DNA of 54,408 nucleotides, counting the filler, from Bipalium vagum (Eukaryota): assembly GCA_037834085.1 (NCBI GenBank). It is 3 parts of 3 records of this genome, joined end to end, with 100 filler letters (N's around TTAATTAATTAA, not from the genome) between each part and the next. Parts side by side here need not be neighbours in the genome. Positions count along the whole stretch, not along the records: positions 37,449 to 54,408 come from JBBMKC010084535.1; 2 more parts are not named here. One strand, given 5' to 3'. Shown here in pieces: positions 39,551 through 53,222 of the stretch (position 1 is its first letter; each line of letters starts with the position of its first letter). Below the pieces are notes generated by a model, which was given only the letters and a program-made list of their open reading frames with translations, made no database searches and was not told the origin of the DNA. The position numbers and the translations under genes were made by a program.

Positions 39551-40165
39551 CTTTGAACGGTGTTTGGTTTTTTGCCAAAATTTAGCGTTTTTTTCCTGGT
39601 TCAGTGTATTTGTAATATCGTTCACCGGTTTGTAGGTTTTAATGAAAATTTTAATAACATTTCACAATTCAATTTCAAAATTAGATTTATTATTAATCAA
39701 TATTCAATAATCTCTATACAAATTTTTGAAATAACAGAAAATTAAATATTATATTTCCCCACAAACATTTACAATTCCTCAGAAATGTCAAAGTTATTGA
39801 CAATTAACAAAACTGATTATCATAATCATTATTATTGTTGTTATTTAGTCAACACTGTTCTTTTATCACAATGTTATACATATTTAACAATATTTCATTC
39901 ATAAATTTAAAACAACTTATAAAAATAAGAAATTTGTTAAACATGTAACATTAATTTTGTGTGTGTGTACTGAGTGCCATCACTGTTAATATTTTTTGAA
40001 ATCAGAGAAATGTACAACTTTTCCATTGTCGCCCGTAACTGGTTTCCATAGAAAACATCAGCCAAATTGCACTAAATACATATGGTATAACAGCTCCGAC
40101 CAAATCAATTAAACGATCGAAAAAAAAAACATTATAAAAATGTTTGTGATTTGAATATTTCTGTT

Positions 40166-40243
40166 TCAATTTTCACAATTTTGATCTAGATAATCACCAA
40201 TTTTCTGACAAACATATTCAAATGCTGGGCGCTTTTTTGGATC
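40166..40243 (-). CDS. Terminal exon of a protein kinase, probably a Src-like tyrosine kinase (subdomain XI)
   Basis: Acceptor ATTTTAG| at 40244-45; phase-0 DPKKRPAFEYVCQKIGDYLDQNCEN*, compared with Src-family (D/E)P..RPTFEYLQ..LEDYF. Upstream exons not identified. Confidence 0.7.
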   Translation of the reverse strand, partial: DPKKRPAFEYVCQKIGDYLDQNCEN

Positions 40244-43200
40244 CTAAAATCATTAAATTTAATATTAAGTTAATAATCACAAACATTTAAATAGAACATA
40301 AAAATATAAGAATAAAATTATTTTTGTAGCTAGTGTTTTCTTAATAATTAATATTAATTTGAGAAAAATTTAAGGGATGTTCGTGAGTATTTTTCTCAAA
40401 ATGGTTTAACGGAAAACGAAAATAAAAATATCAAAATTTTATCTAAGATAATTGTTCATGTAAATAGAATCAATCATAATCTCAAGAACAATATGTGAGA
40501 TTACTTGTCTTTTTTACACGAAAAATATTTAATAATAATCCATTAGTTACTTAAACTACTTTTAAGAAATATGAAATTTACTAAATGAAATCAAGCAAAG
40601 TAAGCTATTCCTCCTCACTACTTTTTTGACTTAAAATAAAGATATTCAAAATCATATTCATTTTTATAACCAGAAGAACGAAAATAATTAGATCAAATAG
40701 AAAAATCAATATTTCTCAAAATTTTGAAAAATCAATTCACATCTCATAAAATTGAATAAACAGAATACTAAAATCAAAAATTATAGATTGTTGAATATTT
40801 TATTTAATGAAAATTTATTCTATGGCGTTCATATTGCTTTCAATTTTGAAGCTAAATTAACCTAAGATAGGAAAAATTGATAAAAATCTATAAATTTTCT
40901 AATTTCAAGTAAACAATTTTTAAATTAATCTACACCGAAAAAAGAATTATCAAAAAGATACATAGATTTGTAATATCACAAAATATTACCATAATTTTTA
41001 ATTTTATTGTTAATGAAAAAAAAATGATCATCTTTTATTCAAATTTTACCTTTTTTTAGAGATTCGGTAAAAATAATTTTTAACAATAATTGAAAATGAA
41101 ATATTGCATTATACAAGGTGTGTCAGAAGTAACGTAGTATTATAATAGTTTTGTATTTTTGAAGACCTAATAAATAAAAATCACTGAAGCCTTTCTTTTC
41201 TACTCGCAGGCAAGGAGAAATCTTCATTTTTGTTAATTTCTGATTGAGAAAGGTATTCTAAATAGATTTTCCATTAAAGTAACAGACTTTTCACTGATAG
41301 AAACTGAATTATTTAAAGCAAGACAGTCTTTTGAATAAATTATAATTTAAGTTTAAATTGTGAAAGTGATATTGCATTAGTTTTCAGTTATTTTTCTGAA
41401 AGCATTTAGCTGCTGAAAATATTTACAGCTACAGCAATATTGCCGAAACAAAATAAACTCATTAACTATTAAACATTGAATTAATCAACTCTAAGCCTAC
41501 CTAAGTGGCAATATTGTTCAAATTATTCAAATTATTTCTTATGTAATTTTTAGACACTGCTTGAGAATCCCATATCACAAAGCTTACTATTTTAAATTAA
41601 AAGAAAAACATTTTTCATAAAAACCAAAAAATTTCCTAAAACAAATTATGATTACTAATATTAATAAACTAATTTATTTTAAGGATTATTCGGAAAGCTA
41701 TCGGTTCTCATTAATATAATAAACAATTTTTATCTAATATCAAAATAGTTTTTTCATCAAATTTTAAGTCTCCGGATAAAATTTGAAGGTTTCTTAAATA
41801 TGAAGTAAATTTTTTCCACACAAGAGCTCTAAAAAGAATGAAACAAATATCAGTTACACAAACAAATACCTTACATCCCAACCATGAGACGAAGATTTTA
41901 TTTAAATTTCAATAATTCTTTTTGAATCTCCTATTAATGTTCATCTTTTTGATATTGCTTGATGTGTTTGGATCATTGATGAATTTTGGTGTCAACTATA
42001 TTTTATAAAATCAATTTACTTTTCACTTATACCTCAGGGAGTTTATAACTTTTTGGATTACCATCATAAATATTTTAAAACAAATTCTGCAAGTTTTTCT
42101 GAATTATTATCAGAAATTACCTAATTTTACATTTGTATATTCAGTGGTTTTTATCTTTTCTGAAAGAAAAAATAAAAATAATGTAGTAGCAATAATAAAA
42201 TTTGCTAAGCTCTTTTGTTGACCAAAACCGAAAAATGGTTTTCAATAATTTAAAAATAAGAAAAAATTGAATGAAAAGATACCAACTGTTTTTGTTAAAC
42301 TTTATTTTGATTTTTTCAAAAAGTTTAGACAAGTGACTTCTGAAAGAAATAACAAAACGAAGCACTTTGTTGAACAAATCTTGGATTCTGGTTTTACTTA
42401 AAATATAATAATATTATTTCTTAATTTATAAATATTCTTGAAAAATATCCTATTTGTATGACCAAAACTTCGATGATTTATAGAAATATTGAAATTGAGT
42501 ATATAAATTATTTAACTATCTAAGACAGAATATTTCCGTTAAAATATATTTATCTATTTTCTACAATTTCAACATCGATTATAATAAGGAGAAAATAAAT
42601 CTTAAAATATTTAATTTAGTGGAAAAAAATGTAAAAATTATAAATATTTTTATAAAAAGACCGGATTAAAAATTCATTTTAAAAAAAATTTTAATTTTAA
42701 CTAAAATAGAGAATTTTGAACTGAAAATTTAATAATGTGTCAGGAAAATGTATAGCAGATTATAAGGACTTTTTTTAGAAATAGATTTACAGACCACAAA
42801 ATATTTCTCGAATCAAAAAGAAATGTGATTAAAGTATTGCTCAAAACCTAATAAATTTCCCTTAATTCGACAGTTTTATGTTTAATTAATTTTTTGTTTA
42901 TTAATTCGTAACAAGATAATTTGATTTTAAAATTTCCATAGTTCAGCTCAATGTTCCTTATTGATAATTCAGAAGCTGAAAATTTTGTAATTTGCAAGAA
43001 ACGTTTAATAAACGTGTTTAGTTTTATTGCAATGACAACATAAAGCTATTGTGTGTGTTATAAACGATTCAGTGCATTAGGAACATAGGAAATGATAAAT
43101 CAAGAAAACTTAGAATTATTGTTTTAAAGTATCGATAAATCAATGAAAAATTATAAATTTTTATTTTTGGTAATGTTATCCTGTCGAAGTGATTAGTTTA

Positions 43201-43439
43201 AGTTTTAATTCAACTTTAATAAAATAATGAAATATTTAATCAAGTTAATTTTCCATTACTAAGGTCTATCAAAACTATTTTCCCATGATGGTATATATCT
43301 TTTTAAAAATATTTTAAATAGATAATAAATTAATTAATATATTTGAATATAATCAATTTTTATGATTTTTATAGCAGAATTTAATTTCATTTATAAATTA
43401 AGGTTTTATCCTTTTTTATTTAATATTTATTCCAATATT

Positions 43440-44400
43440 ATGAATGACGAAAACACAACAATTCGAATCATTTTAAGATAACTATGAAAAAGCCTCTGTG
43501 CAAAGACTGGAGCTGAAGAATTATGTAAGGTAATGAAGTAATTGATCGACACACAGTATCTAAGTTGTTTAAGGCTTCAAAGAAGGAGATAAGCCAATAT
43601 ATAGAACACATCGCTCCGGCCGGCTTTACAGAATATAGTGGTAAATGATCCACACAAAACACGAGAAGTTTATCAGCACCTAGACAATCCAAAGATACCA
43701 CAAATAAACCAGCTTTGGTTTCCCAGTAAAACACGAAATGAATTAACAATTTCACAACCTGATCACGGAAAATTTATTTTCAAACAATTACTAGAAAATC
43801 ATCTTTTTTCTATGGAAACAGATCATAATTGGGTATGAGAAATGAATATTCTTCCACAACTATGACAGAAAAACTCAGTGGGTATCTTTGAGTGGCAATA
43901 AGTCTTTGTGAGTACCAAAAAAAAGCAGACTTGGAAAAAAAATTCTGTTAAGCGGATGTTGAAATTGAGGGAACTATCCACTTAGATATGGTTCCTCGAG
44001 GTGTTTCACTGAATGCTGAATTGTACACAGAGCAATTGGAAGATGTCTATGACATTCTAAAAACACGTTATCAAAATTTAATAAACAGAAAATGTGCTCT
44101 GTTGCAACATGATAATGCTTCAGCAAACACAGCTTTTTGACCACATCTCAAATTCAGAATATGGATGCATTTTTCGGGATCAACGGTTTGAAACAGTGGA
44201 ATAAGTTGAACAATCTTATCGTGATTTTTTTACTCGAAAAACACGGAATGATATTTTTATCAGATTAGATAACTAGCAGTGAGAAGACTTAAGGTCATTG
44301 GAAACAAAGGATTGTATTTCGAAGATTAATCATATTTTGTTCTTTTTTATATACATATAAATAAATAATATTTTATGTGAAGACTTTGGATACACCATAA
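43440..44400 (+). mobile_element. Decayed mariner
   Basis: LNAELYTEQL, LINRKCALLQHDNASA; terminal gaagactttggatacaccataa+TA. Confidence 0.8.
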
Positions 44401-44498
44401 TATTTGAACGGTGAAAATTCTTCATAACGTTAAAAAAGTGATTTTCAAATTGAATGTGATGAGTTTTTTAAAGTGATGAGAAATTTAAGCAAAACCTA

Positions 44499-45200
44499 TT
44501 AGGTTGTCGCAAAAAGCGATGGATTTTAAACCTCGAATTTTAATACGAAGAGACATTTAACACTATTAATTCAAATACGAAGCATTACGACACTTCAAAT
44601 AAAAAAGTTTATTTATTCTCCAAAAATAGAAAAAATCATCGAAGACGAAATTAGTCGGATGCTTGAAAAAAGGTAGTCTATGCACCAGAAGTCATGGAGT
44701 AAGAAATAAGAGTACAGCTTTGAAAGATCAAATGCAATTATGACCACAAATCCTTCATTTCGAGAAATACTTGAAACTTCATTATGATATAACAGGTGAA
44801 AAGATCGTATCATGTTGTAGTACGCTATCTATTTCTTGTCACATGCAACAATGCATTCGAAAACCAAATTTTTTTATTGCGCAAGAGATTTCAAAGCTGA
44901 CATTTAAGGTATCATTCAAATTATGTGGCATAATTCCCCCAGTTTCTTCACTTGTTTGATTTGCTTTATATGACGAACTACTGATATATGGTCAACATTC
45001 AGGTCTTGTGGAACTACAAATAGTGATTATTTCCGGGTAGGCCGTGTTTATAACTTTCAATTGGTCGTTAGAATGCTTCTCATTTTTAAAACTTTCATCT
45101 TTATCTGCTACGAACTTAACATTTATTTAATGAGCTGTTTCAGATGAATTAGTGCCTAATTCTTACCTTTATAAGAAAATAATTAGATTTTTTCTTCCTA
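44499..45200 (-). mobile_element. Decayed mariner
   Basis: TA+TIR ttaggttgtcgcaaaaag at 44499; minus-strand IMPHNL and IVACDKK*IAY motifs. Confidence 0.7.
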
Positions 45201-46099
45201 GTCATAATTTTAAGTACTTAAAGTAACAAAGTAAACAAAAAAATTAACATCAACAGATATTCCAAAGAAAAAGCTTCTAATTGATATAATATTCAATATT
45301 TAAGTAATTTCACTATAAGAGAAATATAAAATGTCAACTCCTTTTATTTTAACAATACCAAAAATTTTTTTATTAAAAATATTTCAGAATTAATATTATA
45401 TTAAGAAATTAAGTGCTTTAGTCAATCAAAATAATTATTGAATTCTCATTTCTTTCCAATTTATCATAAGAATTCGACAAAGAGGATTATTTTTTCAAAC
45501 ATAAGTATTTGCATAGAGACTTCAAATATTTTTTAATTGAAAAAATGGTTTCAAAAAGAATAAATTTGTTTCCGAAATAATTTTAAAATTTTCATTTGAT
45601 GGGTTAAGTTTTTTGTTTGTTTATTGAACCTTATTAAAACTAAATCTACATTATCGAAAAATATTATTATTAATAATTTATTACAAATTTTATTTGTTAA
45701 TTTGGTTGAACTTCGATATCACTGCAGGTCTTTTTCAAGGTTAATTTAATATTTCTTATGTTATAATATTTTTTAGAATCCAGACTTACAGAGTGATTCT
45801 TTAATTATCGAAGCGTTTTATGGGAGCATAGCGACATTAGTTTCGACCACTTTCGTTAAATTTAAATAATATAGTTACTATATAGTTACAAAAGTAAAGC
45901 TAAAAATTAATAATAATTTGAGATTAAATTAATCATTTGCAGCTATTTTGAATGAGATCCTTTAATTTAATTTTACATTATATAACACTCAGTTTTTATG
46001 TTAATATTAATTGATTTTTTTAGTTTTTAAAATTTTTAAAAGCTTATCATAAAATTGCTGTATCAAAAGTATTCGTAATTTTGATAGTTCAATTTTCTT

Positions 46100-46620
46100 T
46101 TAACTAAATACCCGGCAAAACGTTTTTTGAAAAATCATTAACAGGATAATTTTGTTGTTTATTGTAGCTAAAGATGAAAAATGGATCTTCTTTCTAAATC
46201 ATGAAAAAATTATATATTGGATTTTACATGACCCACAAAAAAATCAAATGGAAAAAATATATTGATCAGAACATGGCAAAATTTACAAGAGTATAATAGG
46301 GTCATGAAATGAATGCTGAGATTTAATTTTGTAAAGATGAATAAAAAGCGGTCAATTTATTAACATGAAAATGCATTACATCCAAAAGTACGTTTATATA
46401 GGACAAGCTTAAAAAACTTCATGAGACTAAACTTTACTCTCATCTTTCTTAAAGTTAAAAACCAGGCACCATCAGGTTTTGCACTTTTTAGATTGATTGA
46501 GTATTTATTGAGAAAAGTAGTTTTCTAAATTTAAGAAATTTTGTAAACAATACATTCGAATTAAGATTTTAAATATCTGCGTTATATATAATTTCGCATC
46601 TGCTAGAAATTATTGATCTG
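46100..46620 (+). mobile_element. Highly decayed mariner
   Basis: IVAKDEKWIFF and QAPSGFALFR motifs. Confidence 0.6.
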
Positions 46621-46719
46621 AATATATTAAGTTAAGACTTTAAAATAAAATAAAAAAATTTGTTACACTTATTAATCAAAATATATTCTACAGTGTTTCA
46701 TTGTCTTTAACTATTGTGT

Positions 46720-47250
46720 GCCCAACCCTTTTATTTTTTATATCTTGTCACATATTATTTTTTGTGCCCTTGGACAATTTTTTATATCATCATTATTTAA
46801 AGCAGTCTTTTACAGAAATGAGCAGTTGGACGGAACAAATGAAAATCACATCGGCGCAAGGTTTGGACTGTATGCCAGCCGAGGGAGAACTTCAATCAAT
46901 ATCTTTCCAAGTTTTTGTTTTATGTGGTAAGCCGTCTGTGGCTTTGCAGTGTTTTGTTAGAAGATTGAACACTTTCTATTGATTAATGATGCATAACATT
47001 CTTTAAAAATTTCAAACTCTTTCCAATTGTTCTAAATACAGATCAGAAATGATAATCTGATCACCAGGATTTAGTGCAAAGTGGATAATTCCCTCAAAAT
47101 TACACTTGTTAAAACGACATACATTTTTCATCAATCGTGAAAATTCTCCTTATAAATCGATAATCCCAAGGAATAAAAAGTAATTGTTCAAAAATTTCAA
47201 ATCAGCGTTCCTGTTGGTGTGAATTCAAAACATGCCGAACATTACGACAG
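46720..47250 (-). mobile_element. Decayed mariner
   Basis: EVLPRLAYSPNLAP..DFHLFR motif. Confidence 0.7.
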
Positions 47251-47769
47251 TATATAATGACCTCAACGGACGATTTCTCATATCAAATAAAAAATAATAT
47301 TTCTAAAATCAAGTCATCACTTCTAAGTAATAGTTTAAATATTGAAAAATATCTGTAGACTAACAATAGATATGTTCGATTTAATTATTTAAGATTAGAA
47401 TTGTAACTTTCTTATATTAATTAATCATTTTCTCAAATGACTCATTCCATTTCAGAAATAAAAGATTTGATAAAAGTATTTAATTATGTGAAATTGATTA
47501 AATAATTAGAGAAATACTAAAATAAAATCCATTAATTTTGATATTCTATATTGATTATCTACATATTCTCATTTAATATTCATTCCAAAAATAAATAAAC
47601 ATTGCCACCTCATTAATATTTTAATATTATTTAAAACTTCAACCAATATTTTAAAAAACAGTAATTTTTATCATAATTCTCTTATTTAAATATATTTTAT
47701 TAAAACTACTTTTTATTTACAGAGTTATGCTTAAATATATATATTCAAAATATAGAAAAATATTCAGAA

Positions 47770-48245
47770 ATACAAAGTGGAAATGTACACTAAATAAATT
47801 CTTGCCTCATTATGGATTTTTCTATAAACTGCCCCATGTTGCGAAAATAATCACTTAAATCGATATCGTCATGCATGAGTACTTGGGTAATCAATTCTTT
47901 TAAATCGTCCCGATCTATAATGTTTCTCATAAAGGATGATATTTGCGACTTTTAGTAGAGGCAAGTATGGTGGCAGAAATCTCTAAGCAATACCTCGTTC
48001 TGTCAGCAACTTAATAACATATTTTCACTGATAGAACCTGCAATTGTCCATCATCAACACATCCCCACGATTTCGATCGAAATGATTGCATAGCTTGTCA
48101 CTAATAAAGTTCATAAAACTGTCCCAACCGAAAGACCCATCTTAAAATAAACAGATGACAAAACAATTAAACCTATCATTTTAATAGCAACGATGCAGCT
48201 GATATAAAAGGCGATCAAATTCAAATAGAAGCAGCCGAATATTTT
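47770..48245 (-). mobile_element. Tc1/IS630-like transposase C-terminal remnant (DDE_3 type)
   Basis: FMNFISDKL...VLMMDNCRFY...LLTERGIA*RFLPPYLP; LSDYFRNM. Confidence 0.75.
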
Positions 48246-49519
48246 TTTTCTATATATTTCTTAATAATTTTCTATATATTTTGAAAAAAATTATATATAT
48301 TTTGAATATTTTTCTATATATTTCTGCATAAATCTGTAAAAGCTCAATATTGTGTAATTGTATATTAGAACATAAGATATTTGCTAACATGTTCATAGAA
48401 AGAATATTTATTTTCAAATTGTGATTATTCAAACAGATTGTAGAATTTTTGAAATTCTTTTAATGTGCCTCAATATTTAAAATTGAATACACAGATTATT
48501 TTATATTATAAAAAATTTATATTTGAAAGTAAAAGTCATTAATTTATTGAATAAAAAGTTTTGTTTAAATAACGTCAATGTTTGTGTTTTAAGAAAGTAA
48601 ATATATTTTACAAAAAATGTCTCAAGTTGATATTGCAGCTAACAATACATTTCACTGATTTTGAATGAATGAGAAAACCAAATAAAACAATATTTAAATC
48701 AAATTCTTCCGTAACTTAAATTAGATAATAAATAAAAATTTTTATCAGAAAAAAAAGGGTAAATTAAAAATATTATAATGTTTAAAGTTTCAGTTATTAG
48801 TAAAATAATTGAAAATTATTAGAATAAAATTTTGATAAAAGGAAAATAAGATTTACGTTTTTATTATTAAAAAAATATTTAATGTTGACTATTACGACTA
48901 TAACATTTTTTCTTGTAAAGTTTAAAATTTTCAATTCTTAATACAAATAAAAGGTACTTATAAAATACACAACAATTGAAATGATTGCAACAAAAAATCA
49001 ATCAAAACTAGAAAGAATTTTTAACCATAGAAGAATATATATATATTTTTTTTAAAAATATTATAAATTTGACTTCAAATTATTTTCATGACTGTTGCCA
49101 ATGAAAAATGATTCAAATTAATATGAATTTATTTCATGATAGAAAAGAGATTTTAATTCTCAGTTTATCTTTGACTGTCGATTTCCCTAATATTGAATAA
49201 AGAAATTAATTTTTTATAGAAATAATAAAAAACCAAATTAGCAGAAAATAAAAAATTAATATTTTTAATCTCCTGTTTTATTAACTTAAAATGCTGAATT
49301 GAAAAATTATTAAAGTTTTACTATAATTATTATTGTTTAATTTCACCTCTTTATTAAATTACAACTTTGAATATTTATTTGGGAAATTATAATTCAATTA
49401 AAAAAATAATTAAAATTTTTTCATCGAATCAAAGAAATTAATTTCTTCCTTTACAATTTATTTCTGCTATTATTTCGTCATCTGTTTAATCCGCTTTAGT
49501 TATAAAAATTCATTTTAAA

Positions 49520-49871
49520 AAATATACTGAAAAATATTGAAGAAACGTTTACAGAAACCATAGGTATTAATGTTCCCATTGAATGTAACGTCACAAATGA
49601 AGAAGCGAAATGTATGATCAAGAAGTTACTTGATTATATAAAATATAAAAAGTTCCATGATGCAGAGCTTAACCTACAAAGTTTATATCACCAGATCGAA
49701 TCATATCAGAAAGCAAATATAATTCAAACAACTTTAGATAAGTATTTCAAATAATGATAGAAACAATAAAATTTTGTTATTGGTTGCTTTGTTTTAAATA
49801 TTTTTTGTAAATAAATTATTAAGTACAAAGTCGCTGGCAAAAAGGGTGTACTTAATACGGAGATTTGACTG
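49520..49871 (+). mobile_element. pogo/Tigger-type 3' remnant
   Basis: Open frame ...VTNEEAKCMIKKLLDYIK...QKANIIQTTLDKYFK* (stop 49752-54) with a terminal PIP-box-like motif; right TIR ggtgtacttaatacggagatttgactg+TA. Confidence 0.7.
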
Positions 49872-49994
49872 TATTTTAAATTAAAAATATTATTATGTAA
49901 TCTGGAAATCAAAATTACAAAAAATAACAGTTCAATTTACCAATTAAAAAGCTTTTTAGATGAAAAGATAATGTTTTATTAAAATAGAGTTAAT

Positions 49995-50680
49995 ATGTGA
50001 TGCGATCCAAAATCTCATGGACTCAATGTCTTTATGTCATTATATTTTCCTGCAACGCCTGATGGTTATGAAAACTATTTGTTTTAATTGTTTAATTGTG
50101 TTAGTGTAAAATTGGCACATATTTTAAATCGTTGTCCATTTTTTTGTTAAATAATGAATTCAACTGATGTGGAGTTTCGTGCTATAATTAAATACTTGCC
50201 TAAGAAAAATATGATTTGGAAAAAACTAGCTGATGAATTGATTCAAGTTTTTCAAAATGAAAGTCCACCAAAAAGCTTCATTTACAAATGAATAGCAGAA
50301 TTCCTTTGAGGAAGGTCTTCTGTTTTTCAGAGAATAGTGGAAGAAGACCAATAGAAATCAGAACACATAAAGCAGAAATTACTAAAATTATAAGAGCGGA
50401 AAGAAGGTTTAACTGTCAGAGATTTAGTAACTCGAGTTCATGTCGGGTATGGTACTTGTTAATTTGTGTTCGGAAATGAGCAGCAAGATATGACGCTGAC
50501 ATGACGCAGAGATGTCGTGAATCCCTTCAACTTCTTGAACAATACAGTGACAGATTCAAATTTAATATACTTACTGAGGACGAAGATATGTAGCACATCT
50601 AGAGTTTGAACTGAAACTACAGAAGATATTTTGAAACTGGTCTTTCTAAACCTTAAGCGGAAAATTTTGAAGACGTTCAA
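49995..50680 (+). mobile_element. Decayed mariner (irritans-like)
   Basis: EFRAIIKYL...LIQVFQNESP.KSFIYK*IAEF; SGRRP; ILTEDE motif. Confidence 0.75.
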
Positions 50681-51273
50681 ATGTATAGAAATAGAATATC
50701 AGATGTTGAGAAAATACCAAGTGATAAAAAGTAAATATAAGACCGACTGCTCATTAAGTGGATTAAGGAAAAATTTTTTCAAAAATTAATAATTCCATTT
50801 ATTTGGATTTGAAAGCCAAAAAATGATTTGACATTTCCCTGGAGAATGGTCCAGCAACACCTAGACATTTTTGCATTGATGACAGAAAATGAAATATTGG
50901 TTTATTTGAGGAAAAATCAATAACATTTATAGTTTGATACAGAATTTTATTTCCAAAGACTTTTGTTATAGACTTATTTACACAAAATTTTTCTCTTTAA
51001 AAATGTTGGAGTGGATGTAAAACACAAGTCATGAATCAATGTTAAATGAAGAATAAAAGACAGAGAGTTGAACTTTCCATATTACAAAGAAAATATACTA
51101 TAAAATTATTTATTTTTAAAGATTAGAAAACATTAGAAATCTTTGATAACATAATTTAAACAAAGTAAACACCAATCGAAAACCGATTGTGTAATGTTGA
51201 ATGACGAGTTAAATGGCAGTAATACTTGCTTGAGATTCTTCAAACAATATACAAAAAGAAAAGATTTTAAATA

Positions 51274-51490
51274 CAATCCCCGCCAAAACTCTTTGGCCAC
51301 TCTTAAAATTCTAGAAAAAAGGATTTATATGATTCTAGTCATTAATATTTATAATTCCTTACCTGGTATATTTAGATTTCTCTACAAAATATTATTAAAT
51401 CATTAATCAAAATTCATCAATAAAAAAATAAATAACTAAAAGATAAACTAGGCTTTTTTACATGGTGGCCAAAGACTTTTGGCGGGACTG
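51274..51490. mobile_element. Tc1-type MITE (217 bp)
   Basis: TIRs caatccccgccaaaactctttggccac / gtggccaaagacttttggcgggactg with TA on both sides. Confidence 0.85.
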
Positions 51491-52179
51491 TACAATTGAT
51501 TACGTCCACGAAACAACGTGACTTATAGACATGTTTATCACAAAGTTCTGACGACTTCATATCAGACAAAAGAAAAAATATTTATTGAAAAATGTTTCTT
51601 GTTTATTTTTTTGTGATTTATTTAGCAGAAAAATCAGTTAAAATAGGAAATTCTCATGACTTAAACATAATGAGAAAAAAATAAGAGATCTGAAACTGTA
51701 AAGCGAAGTATTCTACCTACTATGTCCGATAAAGTGTATATATAAAGTATGAAACCATTAAACTGCATATTCAATTAGCATATATTTTCTTAAAATAAGC
51801 ACACAAAATATTGATCATTGAGCAAATATTCATGTCAAAAGTCAGCTAATATGTTTTCTGGTCTCTTAATGTGTCTCCTAAATACAGTTAACCTCATAAG
51901 GAAAAGTTTTTTATTTATCTATTTGACTCCAAATATGAAGCTATTTATCAAGTTTGTCTCAGGAGAATATAAGGATTTAACGTATCTTTGTAAGCGAATA
52001 TAATATATTTCAAGGAAAGGATAAAAATTCTCTTTAGAAATATATACAAAAATCTTTTTTACAGTTTAAGATATCCGAAATGGTATGATGATGGCGCTAT
52101 TCCTTCATTTAAGCATTGAAATATAAGAAATTTAAGTATTGATAATATCCATACGACCCGCGATGCAAATTTCAGTGAG

Positions 52180-52870
52180 TACGAGGGATGAGTAAGTACC
52201 CAAATTATTTTCTGTCAAAATACTCACATAATAGTTTAGATTTGAATGACGGTATATTTTCATGTAGAAACGACTAACTCTTGGTCAAGATATGTAGGCC
52301 GAAATTGCTGAATTCTTTTTCACATATTAATATAATAATCGTCATTAATCTTTTGATTCTCTGTAACAATTTCTTTTTAAATGATACCTTTGGAATTGAA
52401 GAAAATGTTTAGAAATGTCTCGATAAGTGAATTCTTTGACGCCATACTTTTGTCGGTCTTTGATCATCTGAATAAATTCATTCCAATTCAGTCCAATATT
52501 GAAAGCTCTAAGTTTCGTCAGCAGTTACAATTCTTCCAATGAATAAGTTCTATATTTCGCGCAAAGACAATAAGTTATTTTCAAATTTTTAATCATATGT
52601 CATGGAGTACCAAAAATTTCCGTTTCCTAAAATGTTTTTTTATAATTTGACATGCAGTTCTCTTGGAGATATTAATAATTTCAACAGAGTCTGGTAATAC
52701 ACATCGATCTTTTCTAATACTTTTCGAAACTTTCGTACATTCTTTTCAGATGATTTAATCACAGAAGAGCCCACACGAAAACTGTTTTGCATATCCTCTT
52801 CAATCCCGAAATCCGGAATGTCACTTAATGTCTTGTGACTCAAACCAAACTTTATAGTAATAAATCATAA
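52180..52870 (-). mobile_element. Decayed mariner-like element
   Basis: EKNVRKFRKVLEK..EIINISKRTACQII HTH remnant; TA+cgaggg-type terminus near 52180. Confidence 0.55.
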
Positions 52871-52941
52871 AGCATTAACTTACCAAAAATAAAATTAAAT
52901 TATTCTAAAAAAGGAAAACTAAAAATCAGCAAATTTCGCTA

Positions 52942-53222
52942 CTATTTGTCACCAGACATAGCGCCATCTGACTTCCACTTGTTTCGATCCATGCAGCATT
53001 CTTTTGCTGGACAGGCCTTCATTTTCTATGAAGTTGTCAAAAAACGGATTGTTTCAAAGGACCAAGATTTCTTTTACCACGGACTCCATTCTTTGGCCGA
53101 AAGATAATCAAGAGTTTTAGCTGCCAACGAAAAAGATTCCGACTGAAATAAATGTTTGTGTTACTTTTAAAAAAGCGACTTTATTTTCATAAAAAAATGA
53201 TGGGAATTAATTCCCATATCTA
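52942..53222 (+). mobile_element. Mariner 3' end
   Basis: SPDIAPSDFHLFRSMQHSFAGQAF, FFYHGLHSLAER*, and right TIR gatgggaattaattcccatatctaa. Confidence 0.85.

Noticed and set aside
52250-52320. aggccgaaa as a hammerhead ribozyme core
   Set aside because: No CTGANGA core or pairing stems; it lies in a mariner 3' remnant.
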